64,000 nucleotides of DNA, from positions 93,744,001 to 93,808,000 of the forward strand of contig OZ024742.1 of the NCBI GenBank assembly GCA_964016885.1, written 5' to 3'. The first letter of the stretch is position 1. Each line of letters begins with the position of its first letter. The notes beneath the pieces were generated by a model that ran no database searches, was not told the DNA's origin, and saw only the letters and a list, made by a program, of their open reading frames with translations. The translations under genes were made by a program, and so were the position numbers. Below are positions 28,011 to 41,029 of the stretch, one piece after another. The stretch is from Eledone cirrhosa (lineage: Eukaryota).

Positions 28011-28044
28011 TATAAATGTACGTATGTATATATATATATATATC

Positions 28045-28234
28045 ATGATTTTCATCATTTCTTTTTACGTCCACTTTTTGCAAGAGTGGGACGGGAACTT
28101 ATTCTGGCTTGATTTCTTACAGCTGGATGCCCTTCCTAACACTAACCTCATTTTACAGTGAGTGCTGGGTGCTTTGTTGCCGTGGCACCTCCGTCACCAT
28201 ATTGTCCCCAGTCCCTATCATCTCATTTTTACAG

Positions 28235-28235
<1 letters not shown>
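28045..28235 (-). mobile_element. SINE 3' part
   Basis: Reverse complement of about 36745-36880. Confidence 0.8.
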
Positions 28236-28272
<37 letters not shown>

Positions 28273-28320
28273 AGACGTAAGATAAGAAAATTATAAAATT
28301 AACTTACTTACTAAAATATC

Positions 28321-28402
28321 ACTTCCAACTAATTAGTTTCTGGAATAGAGTAGATACATCTTCCGAAGAAGGTGTGGAGAAACATCCCGTCATCAGGAAA
28401 GT
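28321..28402 (-). ncRNA. Type I hammerhead ribozyme (inverted copy)
   Basis: Reverse complement of 29182-29263. Confidence 0.8.
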
Positions 28403-29181
28403 CAATTCTCATATAAGTTTCCAGGCAAAGCGTGGACACTGGAAGCTTATTAAAAAATAAATCAGTGAATAGGAAATAGCAAAGCGTGGACTTACTTCCT
28501 AGCCATTGAGAAAATCACTGCCTCTGTGTCCGTGGCAAATTCAGAAAGAATCGAACACGTGACGTCGAGATCAATCGGTGGAAAGTGGGTTGTTAATAAG
28601 ACAGCGGCCAGCCTACTACCGTAGCAGCAGTCATGGCCAGTATTGCTCGACAAATATTTTGGAGATAATAATAAAGAATTTATATCTAGTAACATATATA
28701 TACATACAAATGCATATCGATGCTAGCAAATATATAGGTTTTGTCTTAATAACATTGTGGTTCAATGCATGGGGTTGCAGAACAATAATATAAGAGACGT
28801 AAGATAAGAAAATTATAAAATTAACTTACTTACTAAAATATCACTTCCAACTAATTAGTTTCTGGAATATGCATTTGTATGTATATATATGTTACTAGAT
28901 ATAAATTCTTTATTATTATCTCCAAAATATTTGTCGAGCAATACTGGCCATGACTGCTACTACTGTAGTAGGCCGGCCGCTGTCTTATTAACAACCCACT
29001 TTCCACCGATTGACCTCGACGTCACGTGTTCGATTGTTTCTGAATTTGCCACGGACACAGAGGCAGTGATTTTCTCAATGGCTAGGAAGTAAGTCCACGC
29101 TTTGCTATTTCCTATTCACTGATTTATTTTTTAATAAGCTTCCAGTGTCCTCGCTTTGCCTGGAAACTTATATGAGAATTG

Positions 29182-29263
29182 ACTTTCCTGATGACGGGAT
29201 GTTTCTCCACACCTTCTTCGGAAGATGTATCTACTCTATTCCAGAAACTAATTAGTTGGAAGT
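29182..29263 (+). ncRNA. Type I hammerhead ribozyme with extended stem II
   Basis: actttc CTGATGA cggga...ttcca GAAA ctaattag TT ggaagt. Confidence 0.8.
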
Positions 29264-29435
29264 GATATTTTAGTAAGTAAGTTAATTTTATAATTTTCTT
29301 ATCTTACGTCTCTTATATTATTGTTCTGCAACCCCATGCATTGAACCACAATGTTATTAAGACAAAACCTATATATTTGCTAGCATCGATATGCATTTGT
29401 ATGTATATATATGTTACTAGATATAAATTCTTTAT

Positions 29436-29504
<69 letters not shown>

Positions 29505-29577
29505 CTAACCCATCTAACCTGTCTAACCCATGCTAGCGTGGAAGAACGGATGTAAAACGGTGATGATGATGATGATG

Positions 29578-29635
<58 letters not shown>

Positions 29636-30039
29636 TGTATGTATAGCATATTTGACAATATACTGTATGTTTAATTAAAAACATTTCGAAGACCTTTCGC
29701 TATCATTTTAAAGTAGTGACTAGTTCACTTACTTCTTTTCTTGGCAAAGGAAGGGAGAGAAGCTGACAGATTCTATTTCATACTGTTGGTGATCCTAAGA
29801 TTCTCTGCCGAAAACATACGGTATATTGCCATCTCTGTTTATGAGTACACCACTCATTATATTAAATTTATCTCCTCAGAGCTTTGTAAATGTCTGAGAG
29901 ATTGGCTACATATATGTCTTACCTTTTTTTTTTTTTTTAGATGGAAGATAAAATGAAGACGAAGACGACGACAAGGAAGAAGATGAATAAATAGACGAAG
30001 AAGAGGAAGAGAAAGATGAAGAACCACACCAATCCTCAC

Positions 30040-30640
30040 TGCAACTCACTGCACTGCACCCCACCCCACCACACCGCACCTCACCGCACCACACCTCACT
30101 GCACAACAACACACCACATCACAACACACTATACCACACAACATCACACCACACTTCACTACACCACACTACATCACACCATACTACACCACACCACAGC
30201 GCAACACACTATACCACACTTCACTACACCACACTACATCACACCACAGCGCAACACACTATACCACACTACATCACACAACACTTCACTACACCACACA
30301 ACACCACACTTCACTACACCACACCACAGCACAGCACAACACACTATACCACACTACATCACACCACACTTCACTACACCACACTACATCACACCATACT
30401 ACACCACACCACAGCGCAACACACTATACCACACTTCACTACACCACACTACATCACACCACAGCGCAACACACTATACCACACTACATCACACAACACT
30501 TCACTACACCACACAACACCACACTTCACTACACCACACCACAGCACAGCACAACACACTATACCACACTACATCACACCACACTTCACCACACCACACC
30601 ACACCACATCACAGCACAACACACTATACCACATAGCACC
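30040..30640. repeat. (CACCA/CACTA/CACAA)n pentamer-derived satellite
   Basis: Direct inspection; produces the His/Thr-rich pseudo-ORF 30016..30636. Confidence 0.9.
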
Positions 30641-30654
30641 CACATTTTTTCCTC

Positions 30655-31583
30655 TCTTTTTTTGAGTGCTCTCAACTAATCTGAACTCCAAGATGTTTGC
30701 TATCAACTTTCTCTTCCTGGCAAACAGCTGGGGTTGGTGCACCTCCCTCGTTTAACCTCACCCAGAGTTTTCTCTAAAAATTTTTTGTATGTTATCAACG
30801 AATATGACCTACAAACCAGTTGGAAATGATTAGTTATTCTAGAAAAAGGAGTGTTTGAAGTGGGTGGATAGACCATTGTCATTTTGTAGATATACACTCT
30901 AATAATTTTTCTTTGGTTTTCCTTTGTGTGCTATCAACTAATCTCAACTCTAAGTTTCTCTGATTCAATTTTCTTTCTTGGGATTCGGAAAACTTAATGC
31001 AAATCTAAAACTAAATTAAACTTAAAATTAAATTTAATCCCAACCCTAAAATTAAACCTTAAACCAACCCTAAAATTAAACCCTAAAACTTAAACCAACC
31101 CTAAAACTAAACCCTAAACATTACCCCAACCCTAAACATAAACCTTAAACCAACCCTAAAACTAAACCCTAAACATTACCCCAACCCTAAACCTAAACCT
31201 TAAACCAACCCTAAAACTAAACCCTAAACATTACCCCCAAACCCGTACCCGGGAAAATAAGATTGCAAGCATCTAGGGGGTCAGATTAGTTGATAATATA
31301 GGAAAAATACCGAGAATAATTATGTCCAACGACACATGAGTGGGTGTAGATCTTCGAAACTCTTCCCCCTTCGCTCTCCTTTTACTCCAAAGCTAGTTGT
31401 TTTTGACTGGTTTGGAAGTCATATTCATTGATAACGTATGAAAATAAAGTCGTAGAGAAAATTCAAAGTACGCCGAGGTAATCCAGGGGAAGGAAAAACC
31501 ACCTCACCTCCTCCGTTTTCTTGGAGGAAAAAGTTGGTTTCAAGCATCTTGGAGGTCGGATTCGTTGATAGCACATAAAAAAA
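30655..31583. mobile_element. Non-autonomous inverted-repeat element with nested IRs and an internal CCCTAA(A)-like array
   Basis: Left gtgctctcaactaatctgaactccaagatgtttg versus right caagcatcttggaggtcggattcgttgatagcac; inner IR copies at about 30925 and 31266; array 31010-31240. Confidence 0.7.
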
Positions 31584-31874
31584 GAGATTAAAAATTTCTG
31601 TAACACACAACACCACACCAACTGTATCACATGCCATCACATGAACTGTACCACACTACATACACCAATTATACCACACAGAAGAAGAAGACCACACCAC
31701 ACCAACTGTATCACACTGCATCACATGAAACTACACTACAGTATATTACACCACTCTACATAACACTGCCTCACATTACAGTACACTACACCGCACTACA
31801 ATACACTGCACCACCCTACACTACACTACACCATACTACTGTCCACTCTACTACTGCTGTTTTCTATTTTGCAG

Positions 31875-31922
31875 GTATGTCCAGTTACAGTAAGAGAAAG
31901 AAAGTTATTTCAATGGATCTGA
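31875..31922 (+). CDS. Candidate 48-nt symmetric phase-1 micro-exon (MSSYSKRKKVISMDL)
   Basis: Strong acceptor tttctattttgcag and donor GA|gtaagt; open in phase 1. Confidence 0.4.
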   Translation, partial: VCPVTVRERKLFQWI

Positions 31923-31964
31923 GTAAGTAAACACTTCATTGACCATCATTTTAAAGGCATGATT

Positions 31965-32280
31965 ACAGTGTAGTTTTAAATTGACCTCTTGATATGATTA
32001 CACCTTAGTCTTAACCTCTATATATGATTACACCTCAGTCATTAATTAATGACCTCAATTCAGTTTTACATTAATGACCGATAGATATAATTTCAATTCA
32101 GTCTTAAATTAATGACATATAGATATGCTCTCAGTGCAGTTTTAAACTAATGACATATAGATATGGCTATACCTGTCTTATATTAGTGACTTATAGATAA
32201 GATTACACCTCTGACTTAACTTAGTGACCTATAGATATTACACCTCTCTCTTAACTTAATGACCTGTAGATGGATGCTAC
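31965..32280. repeat. Diverged minisatellite of roughly 33-37 bp
   Basis: Recurrent taatgacctatagatatgattacacctcagtcttaa-like unit; further copy at about 32625-32690. Confidence 0.75.
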
Positions 32281-34559
32281 ATGTAATGTTAAAATTAGTT
32301 GAACACTGTCTCCACCTCCTCATCACATGTGGATGCTACATGTGTATTGTTAACATTAATGTAATGATGTCTTCCCCCCACCACTACAACATCATGCCAC
32401 ACCACATCAAACCATACTGTACGACACGAGACCATTCACCACATAACACCATGCTATATTAGAGTCCGAGAGATCAGCTATGTATATTTTGTTTACAATT
32501 TTTTTTATATTTAGATGGAAGAGAAGAAAAAGACCACAACAAAAACGAAGAAGGCAAGAAAAATGAAGAAGACAATGAAGCGAAGAAGTCAAAGACAATG
32601 TAGACGGTGATGACGACGAAAGTATGATTTCAGTTCAATCTTAACCTAATGATTTATAGATATGATCTTAGTTCAGTCTTAACTGACTACTCACATGAGC
32701 CGGGGACCTGCAACTTGCTTACATAGATTTCAGCACTTTACAGTGTGCACTGGGTATATTTTATCGTGTTGCCACTGCCAGGGAGGTTGTCATGTACTTG
32801 ACACAACTAAAGAGTCCTGCCAACCATGCTAAACAAAGAGTAGGGAGGACACTTCAGTTGTGTCATAGACATGACAACATTCCTAGTGCTAGTGTCACAT
32901 TAAAATATTGCCATTACACTTAGTAAAGCACTGGAATGTCTGATCATCATTGTCATCATATCATGTCCACCTACCATGCTAATATCAGTCAGATGAGTTA
33001 TTATGGCCCATGACTAGATGGGTTGGGGGCTTAACTTGCATATGTGTTCCATGTTTAGCATGGTTCAATAGCTGGATGCCATTCCTAATACCATCCCAGA
33101 GTGTACCAGGTGCATTTTATCATGATACCAGTACTACCAACTTACAAAAATGTACAGGATGCATTTTATTGTGACACGTGCACAAGAGAGTTTGTCCTCT
33201 CTACATCATATTGTCTCTATTTAATTGCCAACCACTTTACAGAATGTATTAGGTGCAGTTTATCATGGCACCAGCACAAGAGCTGTCGAATATCTGGCCA
33301 AACTGAAGAGTTTTCTCTGCACCATATAGTTTCCATTCAATTACCAACCACTTTACATAGGGTATTTTATCATGGTGCCATCAACCACTTTACAGAGTGT
33401 ACTGGGTGTGTTTTACATCACTATGTGGTAGTGTCTTAGGCAAGTGTCCTCTGGTGTAAATCCTAGATAACGAATGCCTTGTTGAGAGTGTTGTGAAGTT
33501 AGAAAGTGGTGGGATGTTGTGAGGCTGCGTTGTGGGGTTGCATTGTGAGGTTACATTGGGAGGTTGTGTTATGATGTAACATTATGAGACTGTGTTGCGA
33601 ATTGATAGATATCTGAGCAATGAAAATTACCTTTGGCCCCCAACTGTATTTTAAACAGTGTCACCTTAGCTGAGCAGTGGAAACACACATATGGCTTTCA
33701 GCAGTATATTAGTCATTGTCACCTTAGCTGAGCAATGAAAACACACATCCGTCCCTCAACAGTCAATTAGTCACTTTCAACTAAAACTCATAGATGCGAG
33801 ACTCCAGAATGGTCACAGTTCATTGTCTGATATCAGTAAAAGACGAGCATTGTAACTATAAATACATTATGACTGTTTTTATTTATGTTAACAGTGAATT
33901 TAACATTCAAAGATATTTGTGTATATTTTGTTGATGTTTGACATTGTTTTTTTTAGTTATGAAATAGCTTATAAACTACTTTATAGGATTACAGAGCATG
34001 AGCACATTGCTCCTTAAATTAATTTTATCTCCTCAGCACTTCGTAAAATCCAAGAAATAGGCAACATATATGTTTTACATTCTTTGTTATTGGTATTTAG
34101 ATGGAAGAGAAGAGAAAGGCACAGAAGAAGACAAAGGTACAGAAGAAGAGAAAGGCACAGAAGAAGACAAAGGTACAGAAGAAGAGAAAGGCACAGAAGA
34201 AGAGAATGAAGATGAACAAAGACAATTATTACTACTATTGTTATTGTTATTATTATTTGTATTATTATAATCAAACTATGCCACACCACCCCATGCTATA
34301 CCATACCTTACTACACCACACTAGTATAAACATTATACTATACCACACTATATAGTAAAACACCACACTGCCAAATACTATACCACACCACATTATACAA
34401 CACCACACCACACTATGAAACACTGTACGACCTCACATCACAAAAGACTATGAAACAATAGACCATACTACACTATATGACACCACACTACACTACGAAA
34501 CACTATATGACACCACACCACACTATGAAACACTCTACTATACCACACTATAACACACC

Positions 34560-37500
34560 ACTTTAACCTGAATTCTAACACTAGAAGAAAACACTAACAC
34601 TAATGGTAAACACTAACACTAACCTGATAACTAACACTAACCTGATAACTAACACTAACCTGAATACTAACACTTACCTGAACACTATCACTAAAACTAA
34701 CATTAATCCTAACATTAAGCTGAACACTAACACTAAAACTATCATAACCAGAAAACTAAGCTAACATTAACCTGAACACAAACACTGACGCTAACACAAA
34801 CACTAATACTAAAATTAACACAAAAACAAACACTAATACTAACACAAACACTAACCTGAACACTAACACTAACATTAATCTGAATACTAACGCTAAAAGT
34901 ACACACTAACACTAAAAGTAACACACACGCTAACTTGAAAACTAACACTAAAACTAAAATTAATACTAACATTAACCTGAACACTAACACTAACTAGAAA
35001 ACTAACACTAACCGGAACACTAACACTAAAACTAACACTACCATTAACACAAACACTAACACTAACCTGAACATTAACACTAAAACTAACGTTAACCCTA
35101 ACATTAACCTGAGCACTAACACTAACTAGAAAACTAACACTACCGTAAACACTAACACAAACACTAACACTAACCTGAGCACTAATACAAAAAGTAACAC
35201 TAATATTAACCTGAACAGTAATACTAAAATTAACACTAACCTGAAAACTAACACTAATCAGAAAACTAAGCTAACATTAACCTGAACACTATCACAAACA
35301 CTAACGCTAACATTAACAGAATTACTAACACAAACACTAACACAGAAATACTAATACTAACACTAACACTAAAACTAACATTAACCTGAAATCTAATACT
35401 AAAGGTAAACACTAACACTAACCTGAACACTAACACTAAAACTAACATTAACCCTAACAACAACCTGAACACTAACACTAACTAGAAAACTAACACTAAC
35501 ACTAAAACTAACACTAACACAAACACAAACACTAACACAAACACTAACACTAACACAAACACTAACACAAACACTAACATTAACACAAACACTAAGACTA
35601 ACCTGAGCACTAATACAAAAAGTAACACTAACATTAACCTGAACAGCAATACAAAAACTAACACTAACCATAAAAGTAAGCTAACATTAACCTGAACACT
35701 ATCATAAACACTAACGCTAAAATTAAGAGAAATACTAACACAAACACTAACACAAAAACTAACATTAACACTCAAACTAATATTAACACTAACATTAACC
35801 TGAAATCTAACACTAAAAGTAACATGAACACTAACCTGAAAACTAACACGGATACTAACACTAAAACTAACATTAACACTAACATTAACCTGAATACTAA
35901 CACTAAAACTAACATTACCATAAACACTAACACTAATCTGAACACTAATCCAAAAAGTAACATTAACCTGAACAGTAATACTAAAACTAACACTAACCTG
36001 AAAACTAACACTAACCAGAAAACTAAGCTAACATTAACCTGAACACTATCACAAACACTAACGCTAACATTAACAGAAATACTAACACAAACACTAACAC
36101 AGAAACACTAATACTAACACGATCACTAACACTAAAACTAAAACTAACATTAACACTAACTTTAACCTGAACACTAACACTAAAACTAACATGAACACTA
36201 ACCAGAAGACTAAGCTAACATTCACCTGTACACTAATGCTAACATTAACACCAAATAAAAAAGACTAACACTAACACAATCACTAACACTAATAGAAATA
36301 CTAACGCTAACACAAAATCAAACACTAATGGAAACACTAACACTGACCTTAACACTAACACTCATAATAACCTGAACACTAACACAAACACTAACACAAA
36401 CACTCACTAAAACAAACACTCAATAACTCAAACACTCAATAAAACAAACACATAAACACAAAGACAAACACTAAAACCCTCTAACACTAACAGAGACCTC
36501 AATGCTGACACTGACGCAGATGCCTACACTGACGCAAACGATTATGCTAACGCATGGAGGCTTATGGCTTAGTGATTTGAGCATTGGCCTTGCAATCGAA
36601 AGATTGTGAGTTCAATTCTCAGACCGGGTGGTGTGTTGTTTCGTTGAGCAAGACACTTTATTTCACATTGCTCCAGTTTACTCATCTGTAGAAATGAGAT
36701 GATAAGGACTGGGGTCCCTATCATTCCACTGCAAAGTGGTCGTGGAGGTGCCACAGCAAAAAAGCACTCAGCACTCACTGTAAATGAGGTTGGTGTTAGG
36801 AAGGGAATCCAGCTGTAGAAATCAAGCCAGAATCAGTTCCCGTCCCACCCTTGCAAGCAGGGAAAAGCAGACGTAAAATGAAATGAATGAAATGAATGAA
36901 ATGAATGAATGAAACGCTGACACAATTGCTAACACAAATGCTGACGCAAATGCTAACACAAACGCTGACACAAATGCTAATGTGAATATTGACGCAGGCC
37001 AAAACGTGAATGCTGACGTAGACGCTGACACAGATGCTAACGCAAACACAAACGCTGACACTAACACACATGCTGACGAGGATGCTAACACAAATGCTAA
37101 CTCTGACACAAAAACTGATGCAGACTCTAAAACTGACGCAGACGGTAACGCAAATGCTGACACAGACGCTAACATGAACCCTAATGCTGACATAAACACA
37201 AATACTAATGCTGACACAGACGCTAATGCAAAAGCTAACGCTGACGCAAATGCAGATACAAACACAAATGCTGACGTAGACGATAACGCAGACAATGACA
37301 GCGATACTAACGATCCCTAACGCAGACGTAAACTTTGACGCAGATGCTATAGGAAACGCTGACGCAATTGCTGATGCTATCGCAAAAGCCTATGCAGACG
37401 CTAAGGCAGACGCTGATAGCACCGCCAGCGTTTACGCCGAAGCCGATATACCAACGCAATGCCGATGCGGACGCTAATGCAAACACAAATGCTAACGCTA

Positions 37501-38158
37501 ACGCTGATGCAAATGCTGAGAGAGAGAGACATAACCGCCGACACTGATGTAAACACTGATGCTAAGGCAAATGCTGACGCGGGCATGCCGCCAAAGTTTA
37601 CGCTGACGCAAATTTGTTGAGGCAGAGGCAAACGCTGATGTTGTTGACGGAACCGCTGAGCTAATGCAAACGCTTACGCACATGCTAACGCAAAAGCTAA
37701 TGCTAACGTTGGTGCAAATGCTGAGGCAGACGTATATGCTGATGCAAACGCTGACACAGACGCTAAAGGGAAAGGTTGTCGCAAATACTAACGAAGACAC
37801 TGACGTAAACCCTAACTCAGGCACTGATACAAACACTAACGCAGATACTGATGCAAACACTAATGCAGATACTGATGCAAACGCTAATGCAGATACTGAT
37901 GCAAACACTAACGAAGACACTGACGCAAACGCTAACGAAGACACTGACGCAAACACTAACGCAGACACTGATGCAAACGCTAACGCAGACACTGATGCAA
38001 ACACTAATGCAGATACTGATGCAAACACTAATTGAGAGACTGACGCTAAGGCAAACACTGATGCAATTGCTATCACAAATGCAGATGCTGACGCAAACGC
38101 TGATGTAGATGCTGACACTGATGCAAACGCTAAGGCTAATGCAAACATTAACGCAAAT
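34560..38158. repeat. About 3.6-kb hexamer-derived low-complexity array (AACACT drifting to GACGCA/GATGCA/AACGCT), split by a SINE
   Basis: Direct inspection; 6-nt periodicity retained. Confidence 0.9.
36556..36912 (+). mobile_element. tRNA-derived SINE with CORE-like middle and RTE-type 3' tail
   Basis: A box tggcttagtga, B box gagttcaattc; ttgagcaagacacttt...ccagtttactcatctgtagaaatg is CORE-like; tail shared with the RTE 3' UTR at 50780-50850. Confidence 0.85.
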
Positions 38159-38399
38159 CGTCATCATCATCATTTTACGTCCGCTTTTTCCCTGTTTGCA
38201 AGGGTGGGACGGGAACTGATGCTGGCTGGATTTCTACAGCTGGATGCCCTTCCATATCATAATTTCACCAAACCAAAACTCACCATACCAAACTACACCA
38301 AACTACACCAAACCAAACCCCACCATACCAAACAACACCATACTACATACAATGTGAAAAATGTTATACCTGTTTTTTTTCTTTGTTTTTTTTATGTGT

Positions 38400-39229
38400 T
38401 TACCACCCAATTTGACATCAAAGGTGCTCACAATTGACTATTTTTTGCACATATTATCAATGAATATGACACGGAGACTTGTCGAAAATGACTAGCTTTG
38501 TAGAAAAAGAGGGTGGAAGTGGGTGGAAATACCATTTACAAAGGTAGTCATTTTTGATTGGAGTGCAATTCATATTTGTTGTTTAGTCAACTGCAAGCAT
38601 CTTGGCAGTTGGATTGGTTAATAGCACATGGAAAAAACAGAGGAAAGATGTTTTTCTGACTTGATTCAAAGTCGTAATTAAAGTCCTTACTTTATAGGGA
38701 AACACATTATAATAAAGCAGACCACACCACATTAAACTACCCCAAACTATACCATACTACATCATATCATTATAAATTTATTGGAGAACACCTACTCCTA
38801 CCATTTACATCATACCATTGTATTGACATCATGTTTTTGTGTGGTTACCACCCAATATGACATCAAAGGTGCTTGCAATTGACCTTTTTCTCACACATTA
38901 TCAATGAATATGTCATGAAAACCTATCATTTACTATTGGTTTCTATGTCACTTCACCAAACCAAACCACACCATACCAAACTACACCAAACCATACCAAA
39001 CAACACCTAGCCAAACCACAGAATGCCAAACTACTACATCACACCATGCTATTGATCTCAGTGTTAAAAATGCCTACCACCCAATTTGACATCAAAAGTG
39101 CTCACAATTGACTATTTTTTGCACATATTATCAATGAATATGACATAGAAACTTGTCGGAAATGACTAGCTTTGTAGAAAAAAGAGGGTGGAAGTGGGTG
39201 GAAATACCATTTACAAAGGTAGTCATTTT
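38400..39229. repeat. Local tandem duplications (starts about 38401, 38847, 39075) related to the 30655-31583 element
   Basis: taccacccaatttgacatcaaaggtgct...attatcaatgaatatgac occurs three times; IR-like caagcatcttggcagttggattggttaatagcac at about 38594. Confidence 0.75.
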
Positions 39230-39770
39230 TGTATCCGATTGTAAACACCTAGCCCAGACGCACTATAAAGGCTGGAGACATGATGTGATAGGCAGGGTGA
39301 TCCACTGGCATCTATGCAAAGTAAACAATTTACCACATTCTGAGAAGTGGTATGAGCATAAGCCAGAGTCGGTGATAGAAAACGATCAGGTAAAGGTGCT
39401 ATGGGATTTTAGGATACAGACGGACAAGAAATTAGAACACAATAGGCCTGACCTGGTGGTTTTGGACAAGGAAAAACGATCGTCCCTGATTGTAGATGTA
39501 GCCTGCCCATTTGGCAAGAAAAGGAGAGGGAGAAAATTAATCGATACCGATTGTCATAGGCGCACTAGGAACTAGCTCAAAGAGTTTCCAAGGATGGTTA
39601 AAGAAGATTAGTCCAGTCCCGCTTTTTGGAACACTTCAAAAGGCATGCTTGCTGAGAACAGCAAGAACCCTCCGATACGTCCTGAATATCTGAGGCTGCA
39701 GGTAGCGGCTTGATATTAATTTCAACAAACTTTCCAGTTAAATAACATCAATGACTGAGACTCAAAGAAC
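39230..39770 (+). mobile_element. R4/Dong element 3' fragment ending in (TAA)n
   Basis: CKHLAQTHYKGWRHD...LWDFRIQTD...NRPDLVV...DVACPF; same 3' UTR as 63343-63418. Confidence 0.93.
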
Positions 39771-40150
39771 AATAATAATTGTTTCTACTATAGGCACAAG
39801 GACAGCAATTTGTTGGAGGAGAACCGCGATTAAATCGACCCCAGTGTGTGACTGGTAGTTTACTTTATCGACCCCGTAACGACGAAAAGCAAAGTTAACC
39901 TCGGAGGGATTTGAACTCAGAACGTAAAGGATCATAACTCTGTGCTGCAATAATAATTGTTTCTACTTTTGGCACAAGGCCAACAATTACCCAGTGCATT
40001 ACTGGTACTTTATTTTATCGACCCCGTAAGGATGAAAGGCAAAGTTAACCTCGGCGGGATTTGAACTCAGAATGACAAGGGCCGTAACTCTATACGTCAA
40101 TGCATGGCGTCCGACCCTCTACTGATACTGCCAATTCACCGCCCTATGGC
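39771..40150 (-). mobile_element. Two tandem tRNA-derived SINEs (Meta-domain-like core) ending in (TTA)n
   Basis: Minus strand: gagttcaaatccc B box, gccgaggttaactttgcctttcatccttacggggtcgataaaataaagtaccag, tail gtagaaacaattatt. Confidence 0.85.
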
Positions 40151-40182
40151 GCAATAATAATAATAATACAAGAACGATTTGT

Positions 40183-40394
40183 TATGCCTTCATTACGTTT
40201 ATTGATTGGTGACGCGCGTTTTGCTATTGATCAGCTAAAGGTTCGATCTGTATCAATCTAGCCCGTATCAAAAACCTCGTCAGACCTCTGCAGAGCTTTT
40301 GATCCCGGAGTCGGTCCAGATTGATACAAATCGAACCTTGAGCTGATCAATAGCGAAACGCATGTCACCAATCAATAAGTGTAATGAAGGCATT
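40183..40394. repeat. Fold-back unit, arms about 40183-40260 and 40317-40394, containing an HHR 3' half (GAAAcgcatgTC)
   Basis: Arms are reverse complementary with several mismatches. Confidence 0.85.
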
Positions 40395-40532
40395 ATAAAT
40401 AGTCCTTGTATATTATATTTACAATTTGTTTGGCTCTACACCTCACTACAGACGTGAATCTAAACATCCAGTGCTCACTAGGGTGAACCTACAGTAACTT
40501 CACATTACACTTCCTGGATATATATATATATG

Positions 40533-40569
<37 letters not shown>

Positions 40570-40668
40570 GTAAATCTATATATATATATATATATATATT
40601 ATGAAGAGAGAAGAAACATTTAGATATAATTAGTAATAAAATGTATCATACCTAAACTGCTCCTAGAT

Positions 40669-40758
40669 TCCTCGACTACGTAGTTTCGTGGCATAAACAA
40701 AAACAATACATCATAAAGATATAGAGTCCCTGCGAGGTCTGCCGACTTATCAAGAGGA
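40669..40758 (-). ncRNA. Type I hammerhead ribozyme, U3-A8 core variant
   Basis: Minus strand: tcctc TTGATAA gt(c)ggca...tgccac GAAA ctacgtag TC gagga. Confidence 0.85.
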
Positions 40759-41029
40759 TACCTCATTTTACTAGTCTCAAGAACGCGTCTACACAACGTG
40801 AGAAAGAATCCCAAAAGGCGGAGGGGGAGATAGTCACGCGATATAACGGTCGAGAAACAGAGCTAAGCCTCTTATAACCCCGAAGAAAATACCACAGAGG
40901 CGGAGGGGGTATTTATATCGAAGCCGTAGAAGAGGGGGTGAAGGGGGCGAGAAGTATGAGTAATGGCAGCTTTCCAGCAGTTACCACACTTCAAAGATTA
41001 CTCAACCAGAGAGAGTTATTAACAATATA

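Larger units (their letters stand above)
28269..29436. mobile_element. Two inverted, differently permuted, longer-than-monomer copies of a 522-nt HHR-containing non-coding unit (retrozyme or PLE-pLTR-like), flanked by (TA)n
   Basis: agagacgtaag at 28271 and 28793; atgcatttgtatg at 28869 and 29391; both periods are 522; right half is the reverse complement of the left half. Confidence 0.9.

Noticed and set aside
30016-30636. His/Thr-rich 206-aa ORF
   Set aside because: Product of a pentamer satellite; the 5-nt period is not codon-phased
31010-31240. True telomere
   Set aside because: Degenerate, short and internal to an inverted-repeat element
31965-32280. CRISPR-like spacing of roughly 35-bp repeats
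   Set aside because: Contiguous degenerate tandem units with no unique spacers and no cas genes; eukaryotic context
36556-36630. tRNA gene
   Set aside because: A and B boxes belong to a SINE head; no complete cloverleaf
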